Notes: generated by a model from the letters alone, not told the origin. A stretch of 64,000 nt of DNA from Eledone cirrhosa (GCA_964016885.1 OZ024753.1:11656001-11720000), one strand, 5' to 3'; shown: positions 41,240 to 56,731, numbered from the stretch's first letter. Numbers and translations: made by a program.

Positions 41240-43125
41240 TGTTGTGACACCTGCACGACCACTTTACAGTGTGGACTTGGCTATTTTTGTCGTTACGCTG
41301 ACACGGCCACGTTACAGTGTAGGCTGTGTCCTTTTTGTCGTTACAGTATAGGCTGGATGCATTTTATCGTGACACTTACAGGACCACTTTACAGTATAGG
41401 CTGGGTGCAGTTTATCGTGACACTTACAGGACCACTTTACAGTATAGGCTGGATGCATTTTATCGTGACACTTACAGGACCACTTTAGAGTATAGGCTGG
41501 ATGCATTTTATCGTGACACTTACAGGACCACTTTAGAGTATAGGCTGGATGCATTTTATCGTGACACTTACAGGACCACTTTAGAGTATAGGCTGGATGC
41601 ATTTTATCGTGACACTTACAGGACCACTTTACAGTATAGGCTGGATGCATTTTATCGTGACACTTACAGGACCACTTTAGAGTATAGGCTGGATGCATTT
41701 TATCGTGACACTTACAGGACCACTTTAGAGTATAGGCTGGATGCATTTTATCGTGACACTTACAGGACCACTTTACAGTATAGGCTGGATGCATTTTATC
41801 GTGACACTTACAGGACCACTTTACAGTATAGGCTGGATGCATTTTATCGTGACACTTACAGGACCACTTTAGAGTATAGGCTGGATGCATTTTATCGTGA
41901 CACTTACAGGACCACTTTAGACTATAGGCTGGATGCATTTTATCGTGACACTTACAGGACCACTTTAGAGTATAGGCTGGATGCATTTTATCGTGACACT
42001 TACAGGACCACTTTAGAGTATAGGCTGGATGCATTTTATCGTGACACTTACAGGACCACTTTAGAGTATAGGCTGGATGCATTTTATCGTGACACTTACA
42101 GGACCACTTTAGAGTATAGGCTGGATGCATTTTATCGTGACACTTACAGGACCACTTTAGAGTATAGGCTGGATGCATTTTATCGTGACACTTACAGGAC
42201 CACTTTAGAGTATAGGCTGGATGCATTTTATCGTGACACTTACAGGACCACTTTAGAGTATAGGCTGGATGCATTTTATCGTGACACTTACAGGACCACT
42301 TTAGAGTATAGGCTGGATGCATTTTATCGTGACACTTACAGGACCACTTTAGAGTATAGGCTGGATGCATTTTATCGTGACACTTACAGGACCACTTTAG
42401 AGTATAGGCTGGATGCATTTTATCGTGACACTTACAGGACCACTTTACAGTATAGGCTGGATGCATTTTATCGTGACACTTACAGAACCACTTTACAGTA
42501 TAGGCTGGATGCATTTTATCGTGACACTTACAGGACCACTTTAGAGTATAGGCTGGATGTATTTTATCGTGACACTTACAGGACCACTTTACAGTATAGG
42601 CTGGATGCATTTTATCGTGACACTTACAGGACCATACAGGACCACTTTACAGTATAGGCTGGGTGCAGTTTATCGTGACACTTACAGGACCACTTTACAG
42701 TATAGGCTGGGTGCATTTTATCGTGACACTTACAGGACCACTTTACAGTATGGGCTGGGTGCATTTTATCGTGACACTTACAGGACCACTTTACAGTATA
42801 GGCTGGATGCAGTTTATCGTGACACTTACAGGACCACTTTACAGTATGGGCTGGGTGCATTTTATCGTGACACTTACAGGACCACTTTACTAGGTGGGTT
42901 GGGTAATTTTGTCGTGACACTTTACACGGCCACTTTACAGTATAGACTGGATGCAGTTTATCGTGACACTTACAGGACCACTTTACAGTATAGGCTGAAT
43001 GCATTTCACCGTGACACAGGACCACAGTACTATGTGGGCTGGATAATTTTGTCGTGACACCTAAACGAACGATTTGCAGTATAGGCTGGATGCATTTTAT
43101 CGCGACACCTAAACGAACACTTTAC
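41240..43125. repeat. 48-bp minisatellite, ~38 copies, homogeneous centre with diverged edges
   Basis: Unit ACTTACAGGACCACTTTAGAGTATAGGCTGGATGCATTTTATCGTGAC. Confidence 0.97.
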
Positions 43126-43698
43126 AATGTTCATATTTATTTATCTCTAGGTTTAAAGTGACAATGAAATGTATCTGTTTAATATTCCACTTTTCTATGT
43201 TGTCTGTTTAACATGGGAAATGTAGACACATGGAAAATGATGGTAGATAGAGGAAATTATGGCGGATAGAGAAAATTATGGCGGATAGAGAAAATTTATA
43301 GCAACTATTTAAAGATTGAAGTCATATCAGGCGCGGACAATAATGGAAATATACTCGACAGTTTTTGTAAACGCGTATGTATTAATGAATATTTATATGC
43401 GTACATATGTAAATATGCAGACTCTGACTCAGACATATAAATATGTATATAATATACAAATAAGTATATATGTCAATATTTATACATAGACAGTGAGACA
43501 CAAACACTCTCATACACATGCTGAAACACATTTTTCTATGTCCCACATGTCGGCATATAATACGTATATATATAAACTGATATCTATCTATCTTCCCCTC
43601 ATACATACACATGTATTTATGAATATATATTATTGGACAAAGTTATACGTACACACACATACACATATATATATATATATACGGTTCACAGAAGATTA

Positions 43699-43732
<34 letters not shown>

Positions 43733-43740
43733 CACAGAAG

Positions 43741-43817
<77 letters not shown>

Positions 43818-43969
43818 CAGAAGATCCCGTTAAGGGTGAAAGCAGCGATTCTTTGCTTAAACTTTAATCTGTTATTTTATAAATATTTGCTCTACGGTTC
43901 TTATACATTTGATATATATTTATCCTTATCGAGCCCTCTTTGGATTTTAGTCTTCAAATTTATTATTAT

Positions 43970-44019
<50 letters not shown>

Positions 44020-44077
44020 AAATTAGGATTTGATATATGACATACCGATACGGTCTTGATTATTCAATTCCAGTATT

Positions 44078-44111
<34 letters not shown>

Positions 44112-44123
44112 CCACCATTTATT

Positions 44124-44182
<59 letters not shown>

Positions 44183-44186
44183 CACC

Positions 44187-44224
<38 letters not shown>

Positions 44225-44262
44225 CACCATTTATATATATATATATATATAAATATACCACC

Positions 44263-44293
<31 letters not shown>

Positions 44294-44356
44294 CCACCAT
44301 TTATATATATATATATACCACCATTTATATATATATATATATATATATATACCACC

Positions 44357-44392
<36 letters not shown>

Positions 44393-44430
44393 CACCATTT
44401 ATATATATATATATATATATATATTCCACC

Positions 44431-44472
<42 letters not shown>

Positions 44473-45009
44473 GGTGAGTCAATATATGTTTGTTTATGTA
44501 CGTGTGTTTTGTTACAAATGTATGTACATATTTGTTGCGTTTCGAGTTTGAGATTCAAATATTCGAATTTACTATACCTTTAATGATGATGTGCTCTGAT
44601 ATATATTGAGGCAACTTTCAAAATGAAAACGTTTTGTGGCCAATTATATAGTATAGTTATTATCATTATTCATATTTCTTTGTGCACTTTCCTCTCTGTA
44701 GTTTCAATGGAGATGTAGTCTGGACAATTGCTAAGACTATATCATTTATGTGCAAATATTTGATATGATCAGATACAGAGTAATATCATACGTATGACAT
44801 TATATCTAAGAATATAAGTGTGGTAGATCGGCAAAGTCGGTAGAGCGCCAGATAAAATGCTTCGTAGCATTTGGTTACGGCCTTCTGTGTTCTATGTTGA
44901 AATTCTACCGGCTTCGACTTTGATTTACCTCGTTCCGAGGTTGATAAAATAATGTACCGACTGGTATTTTGCGAAGTCAATCTGTCTGTCTCTCTATTTA
45001 AATGTGTAC

Positions 45010-45048
<39 letters not shown>

Positions 45049-45886
45049 TATAAAGACGTCCGAAAAGCTTTTGATTCCAAGAGTCAGGTCCGACCGATAC
45101 AGATCGAGCCTTGAGCTGATCAATCGCGAAACGCGCGTCACATCTCAATAAATATAATGAAGATCTAACACCTCGTCCTTTATATATATATATATATACA
45201 TGAATTTATGTATATAATTATTAAATGGCATATAACTAAGCATAACATGCGTATATATTTGAATTACAGCCTCCTTCATGTGTAGTATGTAGACACCATC
45301 GTTACATTTACGTGCGTATGTTTATATATTCGATGTCGTTAATCACTTGTCTATGACCACGCTAACATACAGAAAAAAGTTTAGTATATAAGATGATATT
45401 GGCGACGACGTAGACAAGGTGTTAAAGGCGACGACGGTGACGTAGACAAGATGATAATAAATCAGTCATCGAGCAGAAGACAGACAATTTGACAAATGGC
45501 GCTGTAGAATATAGAAAAAAAAAACTATGCGAAAATTGTTAATCATGGGAAGAAAATATATGAATAGTGTTCACTACGTCATTGGTATACGTTGCATTTG
45601 CGATTCGTTACGTGCTACAAATAAAATACAAGTAAAATAACACACTCTTCCCCTCTTTATCTCTCTCGATATATCATAATATTTTTCAGTGGTTATTTTT
45701 TTTTAAGGAAAGCCGAACACATTTTCAACAGAATAGATGTATAAAAATATTTATCTGTTTTGAAGTATTCTACATGATATTACATGTACAATTAATATGG
45801 TGGAAGAAAAGAATGAAAGCCAGGAACCCAGCGTCGCTTTAAGAATCGCAGTTGGAGAAATATGGCCTTAGGTTAAAATTCCAAAC

Positions 45887-45941
45887 CTTGTCATCACTAG
45901 GCCAACCATCATCAACTAATGACTCCATGTAGTTAATGTAT
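45887..45941 (-). CDS. Weak candidate host exon (YINYMESLVDDGWPSDDK)
   Basis: TAG acceptor and AAG|GTTTGG donor, open frame. Neighbouring exons were not established. Confidence 0.22.
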
Positions 45942-46085
45942 CTAGCAAGTTAATTACTACATTGCCAGAAGAAATGTCCAATATGAATGCTGCAAAATGA
46001 TTCGAGGTCTTCTAAATATTTAGTTTAAGATATTTCTTACTCATAGCATCTATATATAAATTTGTGCGATTCTGTCACAACACGT

Positions 46086-46120
<35 letters not shown>

Positions 46121-46899
46121 TAGATTCATTACCTCATACTACTTCCCTCTCTCTCTCTCTCTTTACGTCTGATGCCTACCTTAATGCCTACGAGAATGTA
46201 TGTGTGTATGGAAGGAAGGAAGGAAGAGGATGGTAAATAAACTACGCTCTGTGTATGTAGGTGTTTGTATAAATGTATGTCTGTGAGTGTGCCTGTGTTA
46301 GTGTGCCTGCGTTTGCGCGTGTATATTTATATACTCATACATATATATGTATGCATATGCACACACTCACACACGTATACATATATATACACATACGCGT
46401 CAGCGAAAGGAAAACAATTCTAGTTTACTGATATATCGGAAAGTGACCTGATTCTATATTTCAACAACATGCACTAGAAAAAAGGTGAACATTTCCCTCA
46501 ATATATTTAATGTGGGTGTATCTCTACATCTTGTGATACCATGTAAACACAGGTAACTAAAATATACTTCACAACTAGACATAGCTGTAACTGCGAAATC
46601 CGAATGGAGTACCTCGAATGCATAATACATATGAATTGCATTTACACACACACGTATGTATGTATGTATGTATGTATGTACAGAGAGAAAGATAGAGATA
46701 GAGAGAGAGAGAGAGAGAGGGGAGAATCCTAATCGCAACGCCTTGGGTTTTTTAACTTCTTTTATAACCACTCTGCATTTTCCCATGCATAGAGTACTCC
46801 CCAGATTTGTGGTCTCTCCGTACTACAGACTTTATATATATAAATATATATATAAATATATATATATAAATATATATATATAAATATATATATATAAAT

Positions 46900-47016
<117 letters not shown>

Positions 47017-47051
47017 AATATATATATATATAAATATATATATATATAAAT

Positions 47052-47136
<85 letters not shown>

Positions 47137-47342
47137 AATATATATATATATAAATATATATAAATATAAATATATATAAATATAAATATATATAAATATA
47201 TATATATAAATATATATATATAAATATATATATATAAATATATATATATAAATATATATATATAAATATATATATATAAATATATATATATAAATATATA
47301 TATATAAATATATATATATATAAATAAATATATATATAAATA

Positions 47343-47372
<30 letters not shown>

Positions 47373-47373
<1 letters not shown>

Positions 47374-47862
47374 TTATTAAAATAACAGATTAAAGTTTAA
47401 GCAAAGAATCGCTGCTTTCACCCTTAACGGAATCTTTTCAAAAGATCCCGTTAAGGGTGAAAGCAGCGATTCTTTGCTTAAACTTTAATCTGTTATTTTA
47501 ATAAATATTTGCTCTACGGTTCTTATATATTTGATATATATCTATCCTTATCGAGCCCTCTTTGTATTTTAGTCTTCAAATTTATTATTATTACTATATA
47601 TATATATATATAGTAATAAATATATATATATAATATATTTATTAAAATAACAGATTAAAGTTTAAGCAAAGAATCGCTGCTTTCACCCTTAACGGGATCT
47701 TCTGAAAAGATCCCGTTAAGGGTGAAAGCAGCGATTCTTTGCTTAAACTTTAATCTGTTATTTTAATAAATATTTGCTCTACGGTTCTTATATATTTGAT
47801 ATATATATATCCTTATCGGGCCCTCTTTGGATTTTAGTCTTCACATTTATTATTATTACTAT
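47373..47862. mobile_element. Two tandem family B fold-back elements (others at 25109-25195, 36629-36835, 39301-39488, 43819-43972)
   Basis: ~63-bp arms with the apex at GATCTTCTGAAAAGATC, then a ~95-bp unpaired tail ending ATTATTACTATATA. Almost all copies sit next to (TA)n. Confidence 0.88.
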
Positions 47863-48658
47863 ATATAAATATATATATATATATATTTTATAGTTGAGAC
47901 AGTAGACAAAAAACAACAAAAAAAAAACAACAACAACGTGGAAGCGAAGAGGCTGTACAAAATGTTAATATATATATGTATTAGTTTTTATTTCAACAAA
48001 ATTAATATATATTTATTACCGTACCGGTTTCATCTATCAATTTAGCACAAATCGAATATTAATTGACTTCTATTATAATCAGATATTTCAAAGACACTTC
48101 GAGACAATATATATACATGATGGCTCCAAAAGTTGAAAACCAAAACCTAGGACGACATAAAATAAATATCTAATATTTAAGAAAGAGATGTAGTAAGGAT
48201 AACGAATTGAATGTATCACTAAAATTGTAGATAGAGAAAACTGTAGAAGAGAACCCATTAATCCTATACAGTCCTCCTTCTCTCCATATAATCAACTTTT
48301 TCACCATAGCTGCTCTGAATCTATCCTCTCTTCCAGTCCACAATTACATTTTCTCGAATTTAATGGCCCCTTTCTGAATTCTTTTACCATTTCTATTGAA
48401 TTCTTCCCTATACCAGAAAATTAGGGTTTTTTTTAATAAGAAAAATGTTCTACACGGGTGAACGTACAAAAAAAAACAAAAAAAAAAACGAAAATGCAAC
48501 TGGAGTCTTTTTAAGAATATTTATTTATTACCTTTTTCGGTTTCACAGTTCTTATGACTTTCAAAAGCAGAATTGAGATGAAACCAGAAACCCACCTTAA
48601 TTCTAATTTTGAAAAGCTTAAGAAGTGTGAAACCGGTAAAGGGAATAAATATTTTAAA

Positions 48659-48850
<192 letters not shown>

Positions 48851-50436
48851 TCTCATGAACTAAAACTTCGCCTTCATGAAGATTTGTCCTTGTATTTAAT
48901 TTATTTCGAAACATTAGTTGACTCCGAAAATGGAATACGTTGGCTTTTACTTTCTCTTACATATGTTTTGTCTCTCGCCTGCACTACGACTCAATCCCTT
49001 TTGAGACATGTATGACGGGTAATACATATAAAAACATATTTGAACGAGGAAAATGGACATTATTCTTGCTGTGCAATTTGATATTCGCATGTGTTTTCGT
49101 TTCTCTGATAATTTCTGTTTTGCCTACAATATAGCACATTATATATATATATATATAAACGTTTACATTATGTCAGACGCTGTGACCCCGGATGGACCAG
49201 CTGTAACGTTGATAGGAGTGAAAACTGCCCAAGTCCATTTCAACGGCCGATGACAATGGAGTTCCGTATCTTTCGTTTATATATATATTTTTTTAAAATA
49301 AATTTTTAAGGCGCCCCTTAAAAAGATTTTCGTTTTGTATCCTTTCATTATTTTTAAAAGTTTATATATATATATATATAACAAAGAAAGTGTGGTAAGA
49401 AACCAGATGGACCATAACGCACCAGCGTACTCGATACTTAGGGGTAGTAGAGTGGGTAATAGGAAAAGAGTCAGAAGCCCGACGGCTGAGCTGCGGCCGT
49501 TTCGACTGCTAGATCCAAACTCATTTCGGATCTAGTGTCGAAACGGCTGGAGTTCAGCCGTCAGCGTCCTGAATATTTTCCTATATATATATATATCTAT
49601 ATATATATATATATATAAATTCAGCAAGAATCGTATTTCGGCGGGTAGAAATAAGCGAAACACAATTTCCGATTTGTGTTGGCAAGCGTTCCATGGACCA
49701 GAAGAGACCAGAGCAATAAACATAGGTTATGAAGGCCATACAAACTGCGACGGCGGTTAAGAAGCTATCAACCACCTAAGCCAAAAAGAACGAAGCAAGC
49801 TAAACGGGTCAAACAAAATAAAGTATAAAAATAAATGAATTATATATATATAAGGATTTCCTGTTTAAATGTATAATATAAAGAAGACACTGAACGTATG
49901 CAAACAGATATCTCATGAAAAACATTGTAGATATAACTATTATAATACCACGAATTTGACCTTCTGTAATAAATTTACCTCAATAGATCTTCTGCTGAAA
50001 GCTGACCTACCCGCTTTCTAATTATTGGCAGATCATTCCTCAACGATGATTGATTTGAATGGGGGCTCTTGTACCAATATTTCCAAACCTTATTCAATAC
50101 TTCTATCTCCCTCACACACACACACACACACATATATACATCGAGAATTCGAAAGTTTTATGAGCAGAAATAATGACAACGATGGTGAACTGGGACATCT
50201 GGCATGAATTTCTTTCTCTGAATTGATCGGAAAATTTGATGTGAAGAGATAATATATATTAATGAATCGAAGATCAGGGTAACTGTGATTTTCAGATTTC
50301 ACCATATTGATATAGCATTTCATTGAAATAAATAATCCAATCTATATATCTGTATCGATTTGTTCATCACCTTATGTTGCCTGCTCTTTTCATGGTTGCA
50401 TATAAGCGCCTATTTCATTTAAATAGTTGCGTGCTA

Positions 50437-50822
50437 GCGAGCGAGCGAGCGAGCGAGTGAGCGAGTGAGTGAGCGAGTGAGTGAGTGAGCGAGTGAGTGA
50501 GTGAGCGAGCGAGCGAGTGAGTGAGCGAGTGAGTGAGTGAGTGAGTGAGTGAGTGAGTGAGTGAGTGAGTGAGTGAGTGAGTGAGTGAGTGAGTGAGTGA
50601 GTGAGTGAGTGAGTGAGTGAGTGAGTGAGTGAGTGAGTGAGTGAGTGAGTGAGTGAGTGAGTGAGTGAGTGAGTGAGTGAGTGAGTGAGTGAGTGAGTGA
50701 GTGAGTGAGTGAGTGAGTGAGTGAGTGAGTGAGTGAGTGAGTGAGTGAGTGAGTGAGTGAGTGAGTGAGTGAGTGAGTGAGTGAGTGAGTGAGTGAGTGA
50801 GTGAGTGAGTGAGTGAGTGAGT
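50437..50822. repeat. (GAGT)n microsatellite
   Basis: Seen directly. Confidence 0.98.
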
Positions 50823-51914
50823 GTATGTATGTATATATATCGAAAGAAATCGTTTTCACTGTGAATGCTGAAATTGTAGCAAATCATACATTTTGCTAGT
50901 TAAATACAACACAATATGGTACAGCTATTCCTGCTAATTGTTGAACATCGGAATATGACGATACCATTTTTAAAAATGTGCTATCAGCATTTCTCAACAT
51001 TCTGTCGCCAGCTTCTGCTATGTAAGAGTATTTAATCATGAAATATCCAGGTCATATCGAAAAAAATATGTACAGAGAGTACTCCAGTATGAAAAAATAC
51101 GCTATTGCCCTATTTCAGTGGGAAAAATTCAAAAGTACCCTCGATGACGTGTCAAAGCTTCAATGTTTTTGCCAAAATATCCGTTTATTTAGGGCTAACA
51201 TCGGAGTGAAAAATACAAGATGAGAAAATCCTTTTGATTTTCACCTTTGAAGATATTCTAAATAAATTTGTTGTTCAAGTCATGACTAATTGAGCTGTTA
51301 GAAATAGTAGGTAAATGTCTCTGAAATAACTTTCAACTCTCTTAACAAATGAATAAAATATAAAGAAAATAGAATCTCGGGGTCTGAAGAAAAATTTACG
51401 AGTTGTTCACATTTAGAATTACTGTGATCCTGGAATTCCTGTCATCCTGGAATTTCTGTGATCCTGGAATTCCTGTGATCGACTTGATTAAATTAGGCTT
51501 AGATTTAAACACAACAATGACACCAACATCAAACAAAATGAGGATGGTGTGATAATGTGGTGCAACTAAACCAACTTTATCAACCACAGCTCTTTGTCTT
51601 TTCAAGCAGTTGAAGCCAACATTATAACACGAAATAAAGCAACTATCTTGTTAAACATTGCTCTTAAGCGCTGCTCACTAAACGATACAATTTTACAATT
51701 CAAGTGTAATTTGAAAGTCAAATATTTCCATAATGAATAAAATGGTGTGTCGGTAATGAAATACAATCAATTCAACCTTTGACTACATCGATACGGTTTA
51801 TTGATTTAGTCAGGGCAAGTTTTCCAAAACATTCTGCCCTTCATAAATCTGGTAACGTCATAGAATGTTGTCTCTCTCAAACAACAACAAAAACAACAGC
51901 AACAACGACGACGA

Positions 51915-52312
51915 CAATGGTTTCTTATATAGGCACAAGGCCAGTTGATTAAGTCGACCCCAGTGCATGACTGGTACTTTATTTTATCGACCCCGTAAGG
52001 ATGAAAGGCAAAGTTAACCTCGGCGGGATTTGAACTCAGATTGCAAAGGGGCGTAACTCTATGCTACAAATCATGGCGTCCGGCCCCCTGCCAATCCATT
52101 GTCCTAATAATATTACTAATAATAATTGTTTCTACTTTTGGCACAAGGCCAGAAATTACCCTAGTGCATTACTGTTTAATAAGAATGATAATGATAATAA
52201 TAATTGTTTCTACTTTTGGCACAAGGCCAGAAATTATCCAGTGTATTACTGGTACTTTATTTTATCGACCCCGTAAGGATGAAAGGTAAAGTTAACCTCG
52301 GCGGGATTTGAA
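51915..52312 (-). mobile_element. Cluster of three SINE copies or fragments
   Basis: Match the family consensus. Confidence 0.85.
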
Positions 52313-53884
52313 AATAATAATAGCCAGCAGTTTTAAGCTTCTAAAACAAAATACACGTAGTAGCTTTGCTCTGCTAAAATGTATCAAGATAAAATACGTT
52401 TTAATACCATGAATGCATATTTGCTAATTAAACATGACGTTCATTTGCAATTTAAATGGTATTTTGGATTCCTCAAAGTTATTTTGTTTCCTACTCTATG
52501 ATATCACAAATAAAACAAATTAATTACAGTAACACATTTTCTTTCTTTGTGTGTGTTTATAATTGTAAACACAATTTTGTATAATTACGGAAACAACAAC
52601 AAAAATATTTTATATCTGAAAATGAAGGAATTGAAATATGAATTTGGGATAATTACTGTATCAATAACAATAATTCTATGTCATTGTTAATTATTATATT
52701 AGCCTTTATGCTCAGGTAGCGTATCATTGTTCGTTTTTGTTCGATTTATTTCGAATTTTTGTTTACATATATTTGCCAAATTTTACGTAATATAATTTAG
52801 AAATAATCGATCCTGGAGAGAATAACAGTAAAGAATTATTAATTAAAATTGACACCTATAATTAACACTGACGTGATAAATAATTATTTTTCAATAATGA
52901 TTTAATATTAGACAGGAAATGTGAATTCAGGGACGGTCATATTAATCCCTAAATCTATTTTGTTGTAAGTGAATTCTTCGCAGATGAGAATAAAAGTTGA
53001 ATGGTAATTTCATTGATAAAGAAATTACCGTAGAATTAGGCATTAGATATTCTATTTTGTAGTTAAAGTGTACCCAACGGATAAATAATCCTAGAATATA
53101 TATCAGACTTTGCAAGCAATCGGCGAACTCGATGCTACTTTTGGCAAATTTGCAAATAGATTGGCTTGGAAATTACATTTTAACAGTATTTCTTCATTCT
53201 CTTAAATATACCTACTTGTTATGGATGGTAAATAAGCAGTCATTATCGTCGAGAGAGCAATTGTCTGAGGTTCAAGTTAAATTGTTTTTATCTTAGATTT
53301 TATTTTGAAGAACATTATTTTCTAACTCACCTTTGGCAATAAACAATGAGTAACTGTTATATATGTTTAAGTAAATCCTTTTTCTATTTAGAATTATCAT
53401 TTAAACGATCAGTAATGGAATCTGGTCATATAATCGTGTTTGTTGTTAGATTTAGCCGAGGCAAAATTCAATAGAATCCTCCATGTTTTAAAATGTGGAA
53501 ATTTCCAACGGTTTCAACGAGTAACTTTCAGGTATTCGACATACAGAACAGCCGATACGCTAATATGAAACTAAAATATCTGGTATTTCATATGTCCTAC
53601 CATGACATGTGTTACACCTCGTTGATGTTCGAGGTGATTGAAAACATTCAGTACACATCTTCTGATAGATTGTTCATAGAAATTTGGTGAAATAATTATA
53701 CACCCGCCTGTTGATTTTGCCGACGAAACTAAGATCAAAGACATTCCCGACATAGTGTATGTGTGTGTGTATATATATATATATTATATATATATATATA
53801 TATATATCCACCAAGCGTGAACTTAATATAACTGCATATAATTGCCGCCTGTATTTTGTTCGTTCATTTCAACTACACACACAC

Positions 53885-53923
<39 letters not shown>

Positions 53924-54053
53924 AACATATCTACACACACACACATTTTTATATATATATATATATATATACATAAACATATCTACACACACACACACAC
54001 ACATTATAAATATATATATCCATGTGCAACCTGCAGTATTCTTCTCCCCATTT

Positions 54054-54107
<54 letters not shown>

Positions 54108-54146
54108 ATATTAAATAAATGGAAACTATATTTATAAAACCATATT

Positions 54147-54207
54147 TATTCTATTATATATATCTCAAAGGTACCAAAACTTTGGTACGCCCTCATCAGA
54201 TAAAATA
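54147..54207 (-). ncRNA. Family C hammerhead, probably inactive (GAAA changed to GAGA)
   Basis: TATTTTAT-CTGATGA-[GTACCAAA/TTTGGTAC]-GAGA-TATATA-TA-ATAGAATA. Confidence 0.6.
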
Positions 54208-54947
54208 CAAGATTTGTTTTATAAATATTGACATAACCATGAAATAATAACTTAACAGTTCAATATCCCATTTGCTTATTTATATATATATATATATATA
54301 TAAATATATATATTTTCCTCAGCTGCGTTTATCTGTTTCTCTCTTACTGCTTCCCCGCTCTCTCTGTTTCTCCCACCTTCTTTCGCCCCCTCTGTCAGTT
54401 ACACTTTCTCTCGACTGGCCTCTTCCTCGCACTTCCACCACCCACTCTCTGTTTCTCCCCTTCTCACTTCCTCCCGTTTGGCCTGTAATGGGTTCTCTTC
54501 TTGCTCACATCTCACTCACGATCGGACGGTCCGTATTTCCCTCGCTCATGATATCCACACAGCTTAAGCTGACCGGATCCCCATGCTGCTTCTTTTTTTC
54601 CTATCTTTGCGTTGCTATCCTTCCTTGTTATTTACTGTCTCGCTCGCTTTACGCGATTTACTTGTCCCAATAGCTTTATTTAGCTATTGCTCGCACCAAC
54701 CGGAGGTATATGATTTTTAAAGCGATGAAATACCAATGAAGGTTGGAAAATCGCTGACGAAGGACTATTTTTATCATATGTAACCCATGTGCAACCACGC
54801 AGTATTCTTTCTTCTCGTGTATTTTATATATATATATGTTTTTGCATAATATGCCACGGAACTACGTAGTCGAGGACTATAGTAGCAGCTGAGGTATGAT
54901 ATATCTTATTACTAATTATATCTAATGTTTCTTCTCTCTTCATAATG

Positions 54948-54987
<40 letters not shown>

Positions 54988-54990
<3 letters not shown>

Positions 54991-55490
54991 AACGGGTATG
55001 TCTTGCTAATAAGTGTTTTTACGGAGGTACCTGGTCTTTCTACTATCTTAATATTGAGATTATGTTTATTTAGGGCCCTTCTAAATGTGTAGGCTAGTTC
55101 GCCTCTAGGGGTTGTATTGATGAACATTACACTCTGGTATTTATTGCTATCATACCATGAGTTTATTCTATTGGCCTTGTTCCTAGTTCTTTCTATTCTA
55201 TTCCAAAATTTGCTCCTATACAAGGGGCAGGTCCCATTTATGTCATTATTTAACATTATTTAAATAATGACATAAATGGGACCTGCCCCTTGTATAGGAG
55301 CAAATTTTGGAATAGAATAGAAAGAACTAGGAACAAGGCCAATAGAATAAACTCATGGTATGATAGCAATAAATACCAGAGTGTAATGTTCATCAATACA
55401 ACCCCTAGAGGCGAACTAGCCTACAAATTTAGAAGGGCCCTAAATAAACATAATCTCAATATTAAGATAGTAGAAAGACCAGGTACCTCC

Positions 55491-55492
<2 letters not shown>
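54988..55492. mobile_element. Inverted duplication of a Penelope-like RT C-terminal/linker coding fragment, within (TA)n
   Basis: Arms of ~230 bp with one mismatch seen. Both encode PLYRSKFWNR...SWY...SVMFINTTPRGEL...IKIVERPGTSV, a pattern I recognise from PLE proteins. Confidence 0.75.
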
Positions 55493-55580
<88 letters not shown>

Positions 55581-56250
55581 TTGCCAGAAAGAGATCTGAT
55601 GAGTGGGAATTACCCATCTACTTGTATCATCCCCATTTTATGGTTCCTATATTTCTCCCACTTGTTTTTTAAATAATATTTTCATCGTAACCACTCATCC
55701 TAATTTTTAAATCCTTACATTGTAGTACATAGGTTTCATTTTAATAGAAGATGGCCTTTGAGAAGACAAAATGAGGAAGAGGAAATGTTGATGACTTGAT
55801 AAAAATCACACAACGAAACATCTTGTCTTAGTTTGAACATACAATATTATGTCTACTAGCAGAAAAACCACCCTTCCCTAGCATGTGTAGTGTGTATATT
55901 GATATTATACGCAGGTATATATACATGTAGATATGATACATCAAATAATATTGTAATTGACAATATATAATACATAGAAATTGAACGAAGACTGCGTTAC
56001 AGTCTTATTTAATCAGTAACGTAATCCATGATACATTAAAAAAAGACGATGTTATATATAAACTGCATTAGGAGAAAATTAGTGACAGAAAATTAGTATG
56101 CTTATTTAAGCGATGGCCAACCGGAAGTGTTGAGATTTCAGAAATTTTAAAGAAGTGAATCTTTAAAGAAACAAAATATATTTAATCAACAGCCACGAAA
56201 TTTAGTAGATAAATTATGTAATATTCATTCATTATTTATTCAAAGTAATA

Positions 56251-56443
56251 GGGCGGTGAATTGGCAGTATCGGTAGAGGGTCGGACACCATGCTTTGACG
56301 CATAGCGTTACGGCCCTTGCCATTCTGAGTTCAAATCCCGCCGAGGTTGACTTTGCCTTTCATCCTTACGGGGTCGATAAAATAAAGTACCAGTAATACA
56401 CTGGGTAATTTCTGGTCTTGTGCCTAAAGTAGAAATAATTATT
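56251..56443 (+). mobile_element. tRNA-derived SINE, full-length reference copy
   Basis: GGGCGGTGAATTGGCAGTATCGG (A-box), GAGTTCAAATCCC (B-box), ATT-type tail. Confidence 0.92.
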
Positions 56444-56647
56444 TATTCTAAGTAATCCAAATTATTTTACTAATGTGATAAAAAATTATAAACCGTACGC
56501 AGTCCCGCGCTCCTTACTTTATTATAGTTTAGATATGGCTGCTATTTCTGGCAAGTAGTTTCCTTAAAAACCTTCTTGTGGGGCTTATCAATTACCAAGT
56601 CAAGTAATATACAATCTTTATCTCAGATACAGATTACAAACACTCAC

Positions 56648-56731
56648 CAGAATATAGATGAGGCATCCTCATGGCGAGGCATACAGCGGTTCCTTTCTTC
56701 GCCAAGTAGCGATGCCTTCATGAACAGCAGG
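56648..56731 (-). CDS. Candidate host exon (LLFMKASLLGEERNRCMPRHEDASSIF)
   Basis: Strong GTGAGT donor, AAG acceptor, 84 nt, single open frame. Confidence 0.3.

Noticed and set aside
41312-43057. 432-443 aa repeat proteins
   Set aside because: They are a by-product of the 48-bp unit, with no unique termini or splice support.
44105-44435. CCACCATTT units separated by variable spacers
   Set aside because: The spacers are (AT)n, so this is a slippage-derived compound repeat.
49581-49775. Acceptor plus open hydrophobic frame (VVDSFLTAVAV...)
   Set aside because: No convincing donor or phase link to the other candidate exons.
55597-55625. CTGATGA followed by a TGGG/CCCA stem
   Set aside because: No GAAA or UH follows, so it is at most a remnant.
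56251-56345. tRNA gene
   Set aside because: The A and B boxes belong to the SINE head, with no full cloverleaf.
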